Positions 8,623 to 17,663 of a DNA stretch of 64,000 bases are shown piece by piece. Origin of the DNA: Chthoniobacteraceae bacterium (GTDB lineage Bacteria; Verrucomicrobiota; Verrucomicrobiia; Chthoniobacterales; Chthoniobacteraceae); assembly GCA_031409335.1 (NCBI GenBank), contig JANNWY010000325.1:1-64000 (forward strand). Reading direction: 5' to 3'. The position numbers and the translations under genes are program-made. A model generated the notes under the pieces. It saw only the letters and a list, made by a program, of their open reading frames with translations, ran no database searches and was not told the DNA's origin. The first letter of the stretch is position 1. Each line of letters begins with the position of its first letter.

Positions 8623-9757
8623 CGACCTTTCACCGCTCAAAGCAAAACCATTTAGCGACGCCGTCGATAAATTTGAGAAGCTGATGACGCAAAGCGGGCG
8701 CGCATTTCTGCTTGGGGCGGGGTGCAGTAAATGCGCTAACCTGCCGCTCACGGCTGAACTAACAAGCAAGGCACTCGCGAGCACAAAACTCGATGAGAGC
8801 ACCAAGGAGATTTTGACTGCAATTCAAGGACATTTTGCCGGCGCAAATGCTCCGAACATCGAAGACTACCTCAGCGAATTGGTTGATCTGCTCGCAATCG
8901 CAGAACGCCGGACGGTTCGAGGCGCTACGAAGAAGGAAATTGAACTGGCTTCCAAGCCTTACGGACCGGATGCCCTGCGGGAAGCCGTGGAGCAAATCAA
9001 GCGGGCGATTGCCGAAGTCATTGACCAACCCGTCTCGATTGAAACGCACTGGGAGTTTGTGAGAGCCGTCCATCGGCCTGTCCGTGATGGCACATCTGGC
9101 AGTAACGAGCGTGTGGATTATCTGGTGCTCAATTATGACACGCTAATTGAAGATGCGTTGGCCTTGGAGAGGGTGCTGTTTGCAGACGGGCTTGACGGTG
9201 GTGTGACAGGCTGGTGGAACGCTCAAACCTTTTCGCAAAAGGGATTGGCAGCCCGCGTCTTAAAACTGCATGGGTCAATCAACTGGTCGGAGTTTCCAAA
9301 TGAAACGCTACCTCGCCGCGTGTCGAAATCACTCAGCGGCACAGCAGTGACGAATCAACGTATCGTGATATGGCCTGCCTCCACCAAGTATCGTGAGACG
9401 CAGCGAGACCCTTACGCCCAACTAGCATCTCTTGCGCGTGAAGTGCTCCGACCGACGGATGGCTCGCAGCGTGTTCTGGCAGTCTGCGGCTATAGGTTTG
9501 GAGACTCTCACATCAACATAGAACTGGATCGCGCTTTGCGAGAATCAGAAGGGCGCCTCACCATCGTGGCGTTCACCTCGGATGAAAGTCTGGAAGGCAC
9601 GCTAAAGGAATGGCACGGGGATTCCGCGGTCCGCGATCAAGTGTTGATTTATGGAAAGCGCGGGTTCTGGCACGGCGACACAGTTGATGCGTCCCCTACA
9701 GACTTGCCGTGGTGGAAATTTGAAAACATCACGCGACTACTTGGAGGTGAACGATGA
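8609..9757 (+). CDS. SIR2-like (sirtuin) domain protein 1
   Basis: FLLGAGCS, LNYD, LKLHGSINW, GYRFGDSHIN; ATG 8609 with AAGGA upstream, overlapping hsdS end. Confidence 0.88.
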   Translation: MPTPDDLSPLKAKPFSDAVDKFEKLMTQSGRAFLLGAGCSKCANLPLTAELTSKALASTKLDESTKEILTAIQGHFAGANAPNIEDYLSELVDLLAIAERRTVRGATKKEIELASKPYGPDALREAVEQIKRAIAEVIDQPVSIETHWEFVRAVHRPVRDGTSGSNERVDYLVLNYDTLIEDALALERVLFADGLDGGVTGWWNAQTFSQKGLAARVLKLHGSINWSEFPNETLPRRVSKSLSGTAVTNQRIVIWPASTKYRETQRDPYAQLASLAREVLRPTDGSQRVLAVCGYRFGDSHINIELDRALRESEGRLTIVAFTSDESLEGTLKEWHGDSAVRDQVLIYGKRGFWHGDTVDASPTDLPWWKFENITRLLGGER

Positions 9758-11463
9758 GCACAGCGCTACGCAATCCGCACGACACAATCGACAATCTCGC
9801 CATCGGTAAAATCATTGAAGTCGACGGGGCACACATCGTTGCCGAGCTAGAGCCGAAGCTATCTGAGCTTTCGCGCGTTTACGCAGGTGAGACTTATCCA
9901 ATTGGCCAGTTCGGATCTATCGTCAAAATCCACTTCGGTCGCCGTCTGATTTTCGCTTTCGTGGGTCGCCTGCGCATGAAGGCGGAGTACGAAGCCGAAC
10001 GGGGAATCACGTCACAAACTTCTGGAGACGAACGGGTCGTCGAAGCTGACTTGTTCGGTGAAGGAGAATGGGTTCTGGATTCGACAGCTACGCCACCGAA
10101 ATGGACGTTGAAGTTTGAACGAGGCGTCGCGACATATCCTCTCCCGCAGCAAACGGTTTATCTGACCCCAAAAGCCGAACTCCGTTTCATCTACGGTCAG
10201 AGCAAAGGAACTGTGGTTCGCCTTGGCGAACATGTTGGTTCTGGCGGGACACCGTGCTACGCAGAAATGAATGAGCTTCTTGGAAAACACACGGCTATCC
10301 TCGGTTCTACAGGCTCAGGAAAATCAGGCACAGTCGCCGCCGTAATCCACAGCCTCTTGGAGAGAGGAGAGAGTGCCGGTTATGGAAAGTGGCAGCCACG
10401 AATCATCATCCTAGACCCACACAACGAATATCCCGCTGCATTCCCCTCTCACAAGAAGCTCTCGACGGACGACGGGAGTTTGTCGCTGCCGTATTGGCTG
10501 CTGAATTTTCAAGAATTGGTGGCGCTTTTAATTGGGAAAACTGAGTTCGTTGCGACTTCGCAGGCAAACATCGTAAAGACAGCCCTGCTGAAAGCGCGGG
10601 AGGAAGGGGCTAAGGCAATCGGTCTTGACCCACAGAAGATAACGGTGGATTCACCAGTCCCTTTTCTGCTGAAAACATTTAGGACTATCGTCGAAACAGG
10701 AAAAGCAGCGTTGACACCGAGCAAGCAAGACTCGCATAACTCTATCTTGGAGAAACTGGACGTGCTCGTTCGTGATGCGCGAGTTTGTTTCCTCATGGCC
10801 GAGTGGACGGGTGGAAACCAAGACCCATTTCCAGCGATTGTAGAGCAGCTTGTTGGCGCTGGACCACAGCCTCGGATTGTCGATTTGTCGGGAGTTCCCA
10901 ACGAAGTCGCGGGTGTCTCAAGCGCTGTCATTGCGCGCACGCTGTTCAATCTAAAGGTCTGGCAGAACGCAGATGAGCGGAGCAAAGACCCTGTTCTGCT
11001 TGTTTGTGAAGAGGCGCATCGGTATGTGCCAAACAGAGGCGAGGCCCAGTATGAAGCAGCCCAAGAAGCAGTGCGGCGCATTGCAAAGGAGGGCCGCAAG
11101 TATGGCATCGGGCTGCTTCTTGTCTCGCAGAGGCCAAGCGAAGTCGAAGCAACCGTCCTTTCGCAGTGCAACAGTTGGATTGTGCTTCGCATCACGAACG
11201 ATGCTGACCGCGATCATGTGCGCTCCATCCTGCCAGACTCAATGGCCGGGCTGACCAAGATGCTGTCGGGATTGCGACGGCAGGAAGCGATTTTTGTCGG
11301 GCAGGCGGCAATGTTGCCTTCGCGCATTCTCGTGAGGACGCTTGCAGTAAATCAGCTTCCGAGGTCGCATGACATTGACTTCGACGACGGTTGGCAAAAC
11401 GACGCAATGACTTCTGAACAACTCAAAACTGTCGCCGAGCGTTGGCGCTACCAACAACGATGA
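9754..11463 (+). CDS. herA: HerA/DUF87-family ATPase (HAS-barrel plus helicase/translocase)
   Basis: Walker A GSTGSGKS, Walker B LLVCEEAHRY, EGRKYG and SQRPSE motifs. Confidence 0.92.
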   Translation: MSTALRNPHDTIDNLAIGKIIEVDGAHIVAELEPKLSELSRVYAGETYPIGQFGSIVKIHFGRRLIFAFVGRLRMKAEYEAERGITSQTSGDERVVEADLFGEGEWVLDSTATPPKWTLKFERGVATYPLPQQTVYLTPKAELRFIYGQSKGTVVRLGEHVGSGGTPCYAEMNELLGKHTAILGSTGSGKSGTVAAVIHSLLERGESAGYGKWQPRIIILDPHNEYPAAFPSHKKLSTDDGSLSLPYWLLNFQELVALLIGKTEFVATSQANIVKTALLKAREEGAKAIGLDPQKITVDSPVPFLLKTFRTIVETGKAALTPSKQDSHNSILEKLDVLVRDARVCFLMAEWTGGNQDPFPAIVEQLVGAGPQPRIVDLSGVPNEVAGVSSAVIARTLFNLKVWQNADERSKDPVLLVCEEAHRYVPNRGEAQYEAAQEAVRRIAKEGRKYGIGLLLVSQRPSEVEATVLSQCNSWIVLRITNDADRDHVRSILPDSMAGLTKMLSGLRRQEAIFVGQAAMLPSRILVRTLAVNQLPRSHDIDFDDGWQNDAMTSEQLKTVAERWRYQQR

Positions 11464-12785
11464 GCACTAACCTACTAATTCTAGGAGCGGGGGTAGATCG
11501 CACCAAAGGCATCGGATTTCCGATGGCAAACACCTTGCTTCCCGAGGTAGCGCAATATCTAGCCAGTGAAGGTAAGGCAGTTGACGAAGCATTGCGAAAA
11601 GCTCTTCCAGGACTTCGCTTTTCCTTCGGACGATTGATTGGCGGTGCGATTGACGCGCTGACTACTCGCGAGGTCGGAGAGCTTAGATCAGTTATACAAA
11701 GAGTACAGCAAGTTGCCGACGACATCGAGGACGAACACGACATAGTTAAAAAGCAGGGGCTTTTAATTGTTCGCCTCTTCGACAAACTTGTCGCGATTGC
11801 CAGTGAGAATCAACTTGATGACGAAACCTGTCAGTTAATTAGGGATGTCTTTGGTAAAGACGCGGACGAGATGGTGGACAATGATTCCATTGTTGACCTG
11901 CACAAGCTGTCATTGTCCGACACTTTCAAAAGCATTCTCAAGCGGACCCTACACCAGAGCTTGACGGGAAAATCTAATGCCGTGGCTGAGGCGTTGGGAA
12001 TGGACATGCTCAACATCGAACAATTGCTCATCGAAAAATTTCTCGGCTTCTACAACAACAAGAGCAGCGAGATTAAAAACTACATCTACATTTCGTGGTG
12101 TCTGTGGGCGTTTCTAGTGCACAGACAGAAGGAAGTTTTTGCTGCGTATCCAGAGCGAAATATTCCGTTTTACAGTGAAATCCCTAAAGGGACGAACGCA
12201 ATAACGTTGAACTATACTTCCTTTTTAGAGGAACATCTCGGGCGCGCTCACACGGTTCTCTTTCATGGAGGGCTATCCGAATATGTGCGGATGGATACTC
12301 GAGACTTAGTTGAAATCGAAAACATTTTGGACTGTGACCCTGCGAAATTCATCGAGACAGACATTGCTCCGAACATCTCTGTGACCGATGACAATTGGGA
12401 AAATCAAAAGCATGTCATACCGGCGTTAGTTCCGCCGCTGCGCTTAAAGCCAATCTTATCCCATAAGTATATTGAACTGTGGCACAAGGCATCCCAATGG
12501 GTTCACAACGCGAAGAAAATCATTGTAATCGGATATTCATTCAACAATGCGGATGAGCACTTTAACGACATACTGCGCGTCAACAAGGATAAGAAATTCG
12601 ATATAGTAGGTCCCCATGTTCACAGTAAGGTTTTTCTCAGACGTATTGAAAAGGTGCTAGGGATTCCGACGGGCAATTATGTTTCGTGTCATGTTCAGGG
12701 AAAAGGTTGTAAGAAAGCCGGAAACGTCCGTTTAATCGAAGCAAACGCCGACGGGTTAAATCTAATCCAACTGTTTGGAGAGTAG
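11460..12785 (+). CDS. SIR2-like domain protein 2 (divergent)
   Basis: LILGAGVD, TLNYT, LFHGG, IGYSFNNADEHFN; ATGA overlap with herA. Confidence 0.78.
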   Translation: MSTNLLILGAGVDRTKGIGFPMANTLLPEVAQYLASEGKAVDEALRKALPGLRFSFGRLIGGAIDALTTREVGELRSVIQRVQQVADDIEDEHDIVKKQGLLIVRLFDKLVAIASENQLDDETCQLIRDVFGKDADEMVDNDSIVDLHKLSLSDTFKSILKRTLHQSLTGKSNAVAEALGMDMLNIEQLLIEKFLGFYNNKSSEIKNYIYISWCLWAFLVHRQKEVFAAYPERNIPFYSEIPKGTNAITLNYTSFLEEHLGRAHTVLFHGGLSEYVRMDTRDLVEIENILDCDPAKFIETDIAPNISVTDDNWENQKHVIPALVPPLRLKPILSHKYIELWHKASQWVHNAKKIIVIGYSFNNADEHFNDILRVNKDKKFDIVGPHVHSKVFLRRIEKVLGIPTGNYVSCHVQGKGCKKAGNVRLIEANADGLNLIQLFGE

Positions 12786-12788
12786 TCT

Positions 12789-15700
12789 ATGCCTAGCGCC
12801 TACAACGAAGACCAGCTTGTGGAACAACCCGCCATTGGGTTGTTTGCGGAGCTTGGTTGGACCACGGTATCGGCACGGGAGGAGATTTTTGGCACCGCAA
12901 GCACGCTAGGGCGCGAGACAAGTGGTGAGGTCGTGCTGCTTCCACGCTTGCGGGCTGCTATGAAAGTTCTGAATCCAGCGCTTCCTCCCGAAGCAATTAC
13001 TTCTGCATTGGACGAGTTGACTCGCGATCGTTCAGCTATGAGCGCAGAGGCGGCAAACCGCGAAGTTTATTTAATTCTTAAAGAAGGCATTAAAGTATCG
13101 CTGGCAGACCGAGAGCATGGGGGGCAAAAGACTGAGCGATTGAGAGTTGTTGACTGGGAGAATCCGGCGAACAACGACTTTTTGCTCGTAAGTCAATTCA
13201 GTGTCACGGGCGCGCTCTATACGTGTCGTCCAGACTTGGTTGGATTCGTGAACGGCCTTCCGCTCGTGGTGATTGAGCTAAAAAAGCCTGGGGTTCCCGC
13301 GCGCGCGGCTTTTGATGAGAATCTGAAACACTACAAGGACCAGATTCCCGCATTGTTCTGGTATAATGCGCTCCTTATCGCGTCGAACGGCACGGATAGC
13401 CGCGTCGGTTCGCTTACGGCGGATTGGGAGCGGTTTTTCGAGTGGAAGCGTATTGAGCGTGAGGATGAGCCGCGCCGTGTATCGCTGGAAGTGATGATTC
13501 GCGGCACCTGCGACAAGGGACGGATGCTAGACGTTGTAGAGAATTTCACGCTTTTCTCCGAACACAAAGCGGGGCTGGTCAAAATTATTGGGCAGAACCA
13601 CCAATTTCTTGGTGTCAACAATGCCATTGCCTCGATGCTCGAAGCACGGAAAATGGGTCATGGTCGCGGCGGTGTATTCTGGCAAACGCAAGGTAGTGGC
13701 AAAAGTTTTTCAATGGTGTTCTTCGCGCAAAAGGTGCTGCGCAAAGTGGCTGGAAACTGGACATTCGTGGTAGTGACAGACCGTGTGGAATTGGATGGTC
13801 AAATTGCGACGACGTTCAAGGCGTCGGGAGCCGTGAGCGACGCGGAAGGAGATGAGTGCCACGCGACAAGCGGGGCACATCTGCGCGAATTGCTACGCGG
13901 CAATCATCGCTACGTCTTTACCCTCATTCATAAGTTTCAGACACCAGAGCTGCTGTGTGATCGGTCTGACGTTATTGTGCTTAATGACGAAGCGCATCGT
14001 AGCCAATACGACACGTTGGCGCTCAACATGCGTGCGGCGTTGCCGAAAGCGCTGTTTCTTGCGTTTACCGGCACGCCTCTGATTTCCGGTGAGGAACGGA
14101 CGAAGGACGTGTTCGGGGATTATGTTTCCATTTACGATTTCCAGCAATCCGTCGAAGACGGCGCAACGGTGCCGCTCTTTTATGAGAACCGGACACCGGA
14201 GTTGCAGTTAATAAACCCAGACCTTAATGAACAGATTTACGACCTCATAGAGGCGACGGAACTTGATCCGGAACAAGAGGCGCGGCTCGAACGGGAATTG
14301 AGTCGTCAATACCACATCATCACGCGCGATGATCGGTTAGAAACGGTGGCGAAAGACATTGTACGACATTTTCTTGGGCGGGGGTTCGTGGGCAAGGCAA
14401 TGGTGGTTTCAATCGACAAGGCGACCGCGCTCAAGATGTACGACAAGGTGAAGAAATATTGGGATGTCGAACGAAAACTGGGCGAAAACGAACTGGAACG
14501 TCTTTTGAAGGTCAAGGAACCGACTCCGGCGGTTCTGGATGCGGTTCAGGAATTAAAGAAACGACTGGATGTTCTCAAGACAACCGACATGGCGGTGATT
14601 GTTTCGCCTGGTCAGAACGAGATTCCGCTAATGAGGAAGCTGGGTCTCGACATCGGAGTTCACCGCAGGCGAATGAATGATGAGGCGCTTGATGAGAAGT
14701 TTAAGGATACGACAGACCCGCTGCGACTCGTCTTTGTCTGTGCTATGTGGCTCACCGGCTTTGATGCACCAAGCTGCTCGACGGTTTATCTCGACAAGCC
14801 GATGCGCAATCACACGCTGATGCAGACAATTGCGCGAGCGAACCGTGTCTTCCCTGGCAAGCACAGTGGCGTGATTGTGGACTACGCCAACGTGTTTGCT
14901 TCACTTGAAAAGGCGCTTGCGATTTATGGGGCGGGCAAAGACGGAAAGAATCCCGTTAAGGACAAAGCGAAGCTCGTGGAGGAATTGGGAAAAGCAGTAG
15001 AGAACGCGACGGCATTTTGCGATAAGCAGGGAGTTGACCTTAGCTCTATTGAGCAACTCAACGCTGGTGGCATGGACCGCTTGCAAAAGATTGACGACGC
15101 GGTCAACGCACTCATTTCACCGGACCCATTGCGCCGCGAGTTTCTCGGACACGAGCGTTTAGTGAGCACACTTTTCACCGCAGTGAAGCCGGACACGGCG
15201 GCATTGGAATTCGCGGGACGCACTGCATGTCTGGGCGCAATCGCTGCTGCCATTCGTACGAAGTTAAATCCCAATCCCGTGGACATTAGTGAGGTGATGG
15301 GAAAAGTGGGGGAATTGCTTGATGCTTCCATTACCGGCGTTGAGATGCCCGAGAAACCGGCACCGGTCATGGACCTGTCGAAAATTGATTTTGTGGCGTT
15401 GCGCAAGCGATTCAAGGAATCGAAGCACAAAAACACCGACTTGGAAGTTCTCAAGGCTGCCATTAAGGCACAGTTGGAAAAACTGATTCGCTTCAATAAG
15501 ACTCGTGCGGATTTCGCTGAGAAATTTGAAGAGTTGATCGAAAGCTACAATGCGGGCAGCAGAAATATTGAGGAACTCTTTGAAGAGCTGTTCAAACTGA
15601 GTGGCAGCTTATCCAATGAGCAACAGCGGCACTTGCGCGAAAACATGACGGAAGAGGAATTAGTAATACTCGATATTCTGACACGCCCTGCACCGGAACT

Positions 15701-15959
15701 GAGCACAGAAGAACGGGCAGAGGTGAAGAAAGTCGCTCGTGAACTTCTACACCGCTTGAAAGAACTGCTTGTTCTCAATTGGCGGCAAAAAGCCACAGCG
15801 CGTTCGCAACTTAAACTCACGATAGAGGACATGCTCGACACCGGTTTGCCCCGCGCTTACGAAAAGCCGCTTTACGAGCAAAAGTGTTCTGCCCTGTTTG
15901 AGCACATTTACGAATCCTACCCTGAGCGTGACGTAAGCGTGTATTCGGCAGTTATTTGA
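12789..15959 (+). CDS. hsdR: Type I R-M restriction subunit
   Basis: PD..IELK nuclease motif, QTQGSGKS, DEAH, FTGTP, MWLTGFD, QTIARANR. Confidence 0.96.
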   Translation: MPSAYNEDQLVEQPAIGLFAELGWTTVSAREEIFGTASTLGRETSGEVVLLPRLRAAMKVLNPALPPEAITSALDELTRDRSAMSAEAANREVYLILKEGIKVSLADREHGGQKTERLRVVDWENPANNDFLLVSQFSVTGALYTCRPDLVGFVNGLPLVVIELKKPGVPARAAFDENLKHYKDQIPALFWYNALLIASNGTDSRVGSLTADWERFFEWKRIEREDEPRRVSLEVMIRGTCDKGRMLDVVENFTLFSEHKAGLVKIIGQNHQFLGVNNAIASMLEARKMGHGRGGVFWQTQGSGKSFSMVFFAQKVLRKVAGNWTFVVVTDRVELDGQIATTFKASGAVSDAEGDECHATSGAHLRELLRGNHRYVFTLIHKFQTPELLCDRSDVIVLNDEAHRSQYDTLALNMRAALPKALFLAFTGTPLISGEERTKDVFGDYVSIYDFQQSVEDGATVPLFYENRTPELQLINPDLNEQIYDLIEATELDPEQEARLERELSRQYHIITRDDRLETVAKDIVRHFLGRGFVGKAMVVSIDKATALKMYDKVKKYWDVERKLGENELERLLKVKEPTPAVLDAVQELKKRLDVLKTTDMAVIVSPGQNEIPLMRKLGLDIGVHRRRMNDEALDEKFKDTTDPLRLVFVCAMWLTGFDAPSCSTVYLDKPMRNHTLMQTIARANRVFPGKHSGVIVDYANVFASLEKALAIYGAGKDGKNPVKDKAKLVEELGKAVENATAFCDKQGVDLSSIEQLNAGGMDRLQKIDDAVNALISPDPLRREFLGHERLVSTLFTAVKPDTAALEFAGRTACLGAIAAAIRTKLNPNPVDISEVMGKVGELLDASITGVEMPEKPAPVMDLSKIDFVALRKRFKESKHKNTDLEVLKAAIKAQLEKLIRFNKTRADFAEKFEELIESYNAGSRNIEELFEELFKLSGSLSNEQQRHLRENMTEEELVILDILTRPAPELSTEERAEVKKVARELLHRLKELLVLNWRQKATARSQLKLTIEDMLDTGLPRAYEKPLYEQKCSALFEHIYESYPERDVSVYSAVI

Positions 15960-16029
15960 TTGCCGGGAAAAAAGCCGGAGCCTCTACGTAACGGCTTATA
16001 CGATTACGTTAGTTCGCCCTGCTCTCTCA

Positions 16030-16353
16030 CTACGGCTTCTTGAAAAGCCTGTAGAGTCCGTATCCGACGCCCGCCGCGAGGACGAACGGAGCGGCGGCGG
16101 CACCGGCTACCGCAACGGCGGCAACCTTTGCGGTAATGATAGCGGTTCCTGCGGCAATCGATCCGCTTAGCCCGGCTCCACTGGCCGCTGCGGCTCCCAC
16201 GGCGGAGCCAACTTGAATGGCCAAGCTGTTTCTGGTTCCGGGTCCAGGTTTGGCGACATGTTTTGTTAGTGCGCCAACGGCACCACCGATCCCGAGAGCG
16301 GCGGTATTTGTAAGCACCGCATTTTTGATCTTATTCGATTCGGATTTTGTCAT
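16030..16353 (-). CDS. Small Gly/Ala-rich (glycine-zipper-like) membrane protein
   Basis: GIGGAVGA, GSAVGAAAASGAG and a hydrophobic C-terminal half ending YRLFKKP. Confidence 0.6.
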   Translation of the reverse strand: MTKSESNKIKNAVLTNTAALGIGGAVGALTKHVAKPGPGTRNSLAIQVGSAVGAAAASGAGLSGSIAAGTAIITAKVAAVAVAGAAAAPFVLAAGVGYGLYRLFKKP

Positions 16354-16412
16354 TTTATTTTTGGGTTTCTTTTTTTCATTGCTGCAAAGGAATGACCGGA
16401 CTGCCACGGCTT

Positions 16413-16919
16413 CTAAAGCTCTGCCAAAATCTGCTGACGCTTGGCGTCGTATTCTTCCTGCGAGATGAGGTTTTTCTCGAACAATGCGAGGAGGTTTCTT
16501 AACCGCTTTTGAACCGCCGCGTCCTTGCGCGGTGGTAGTGGCGGAACGACTAGCGGGACAGCATGGGCCGTAGAATCTCCGCTTTCTTGCTCAGTCTCGT
16601 AAGAAGCCGCAGAAGATCGCGCCAATTCGTTCCTGCGCATTCTCACCACACAAGCGACGCAACCCGTCCATGTCGGGAACATCTCAAGTCCGGGAACGAC
16701 TTCTATGAAAAGTGAAGGCAACAGAAGCCAATGAAACCCGAGTAAAATGCTGGTAAGGAGCATGACCAAGCAATCAATCATGAAATCCACGAACTCGCCG
16801 GGGATCGCGAGAATGCCGGTGGCAGTCATAGCGGTTAAGGGTAGCTGTACTAAATCGGCAACAATAGCGATGGCGTAGGCTGCCGTGATGTGTCTTTGCG
16901 ATAGTTGAGATGTTGTCAT
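16413..16919 (-). CDS. Membrane protein with C-terminal SHOCT domain
   Basis: Hydrophobic N-terminus; LRNLLALFEKNLISQEEYDAKRQQIL SHOCT pattern. Confidence 0.78.
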   Translation of the reverse strand: MTTSQLSQRHITAAYAIAIVADLVQLPLTAMTATGILAIPGEFVDFMIDCLVMLLTSILLGFHWLLLPSLFIEVVPGLEMFPTWTGCVACVVRMRRNELARSSAASYETEQESGDSTAHAVPLVVPPLPPRKDAAVQKRLRNLLALFEKNLISQEEYDAKRQQILAEL

Positions 16920-16930
16920 AGTGGTTTTGT

Positions 16931-17662
16931 TTATCTCCAGAAACTGAATGCCTGTCTTTTGCGACGCCTGATTTGTTTCGCGATGTCAGGGCCAATGCCG
17001 GTTGGGACACCGGTAGTGGTTCTTTTCTTTGGTTTCGGCTGCGCTTTGGGCGGTGGCTCGAATGTATCGACCTCCTTGGTTTTGACCTCCGACTCGACAA
17101 GACCATCTAGCATATCGAGCCTTTCGTTTAATTCCCTGCGACGAATACGCCCTTCAAAGTGGCATAGACACAATGCGGCAAAGATCACCCAAAGGCATAA
17201 AATGGGAGAGATTGGCAGATAGTGGAATGCGATAAAGATAACGATCCCAGGTTCGACGAAGCGTTCGCATCTGCGTTCTCGGCGGAGAAATGCTGGGGTA
17301 AGCCGGCCTTTGGAAAAACCGGAAGTGCCGATGTAGAAGCTGTGCTGCAAGATTCCGCGTTTATGTTCATGGAAACGCTTTGCTTGCTGGAACCCCCCAA
17401 ACAGGAACGCTAAGAGCGCAAAAATGAATAGATCGCCTACTCGGTCTTGCTCCGAGGCACCTGTGGCGACGAGGAAGATTGATACTACCACCAAAGACCC
17501 GCAAATGAGAGCCAAGTGGACAGTGTTAAGAAACCGGTAGCCAATATCGTTGCGAAGAAAGACCATGATGGTCAGCGCCGGTAATTTGGTGAGGTGTCGC
17601 GCAATCGCCACCTGCTCCCAAAAAGGTATTTTATAGCGGGATGGTGGCTGTTGCTGTTGCAT
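16931..17662 (-). CDS. Hypothetical multi-pass membrane protein
   Basis: Three to four hydrophobic segments; starts 1 nt after the T4CP stop. Confidence 0.72.
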   Translation of the reverse strand: MQQQQPPSRYKIPFWEQVAIARHLTKLPALTIMVFLRNDIGYRFLNTVHLALICGSLVVVSIFLVATGASEQDRVGDLFIFALLAFLFGGFQQAKRFHEHKRGILQHSFYIGTSGFSKGRLTPAFLRRERRCERFVEPGIVIFIAFHYLPISPILCLWVIFAALCLCHFEGRIRRRELNERLDMLDGLVESEVKTKEVDTFEPPPKAQPKPKKRTTTGVPTGIGPDIAKQIRRRKRQAFSFWR

Positions 17663-17663
17663 G

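Noticed and set aside
15980..16012. dif/Xer-like site after hsdR
   Set aside because: A short ACGTAA/TTACGT inverted repeat exists, but spacing and arms do not fit the 11-6-11 dif consensus.
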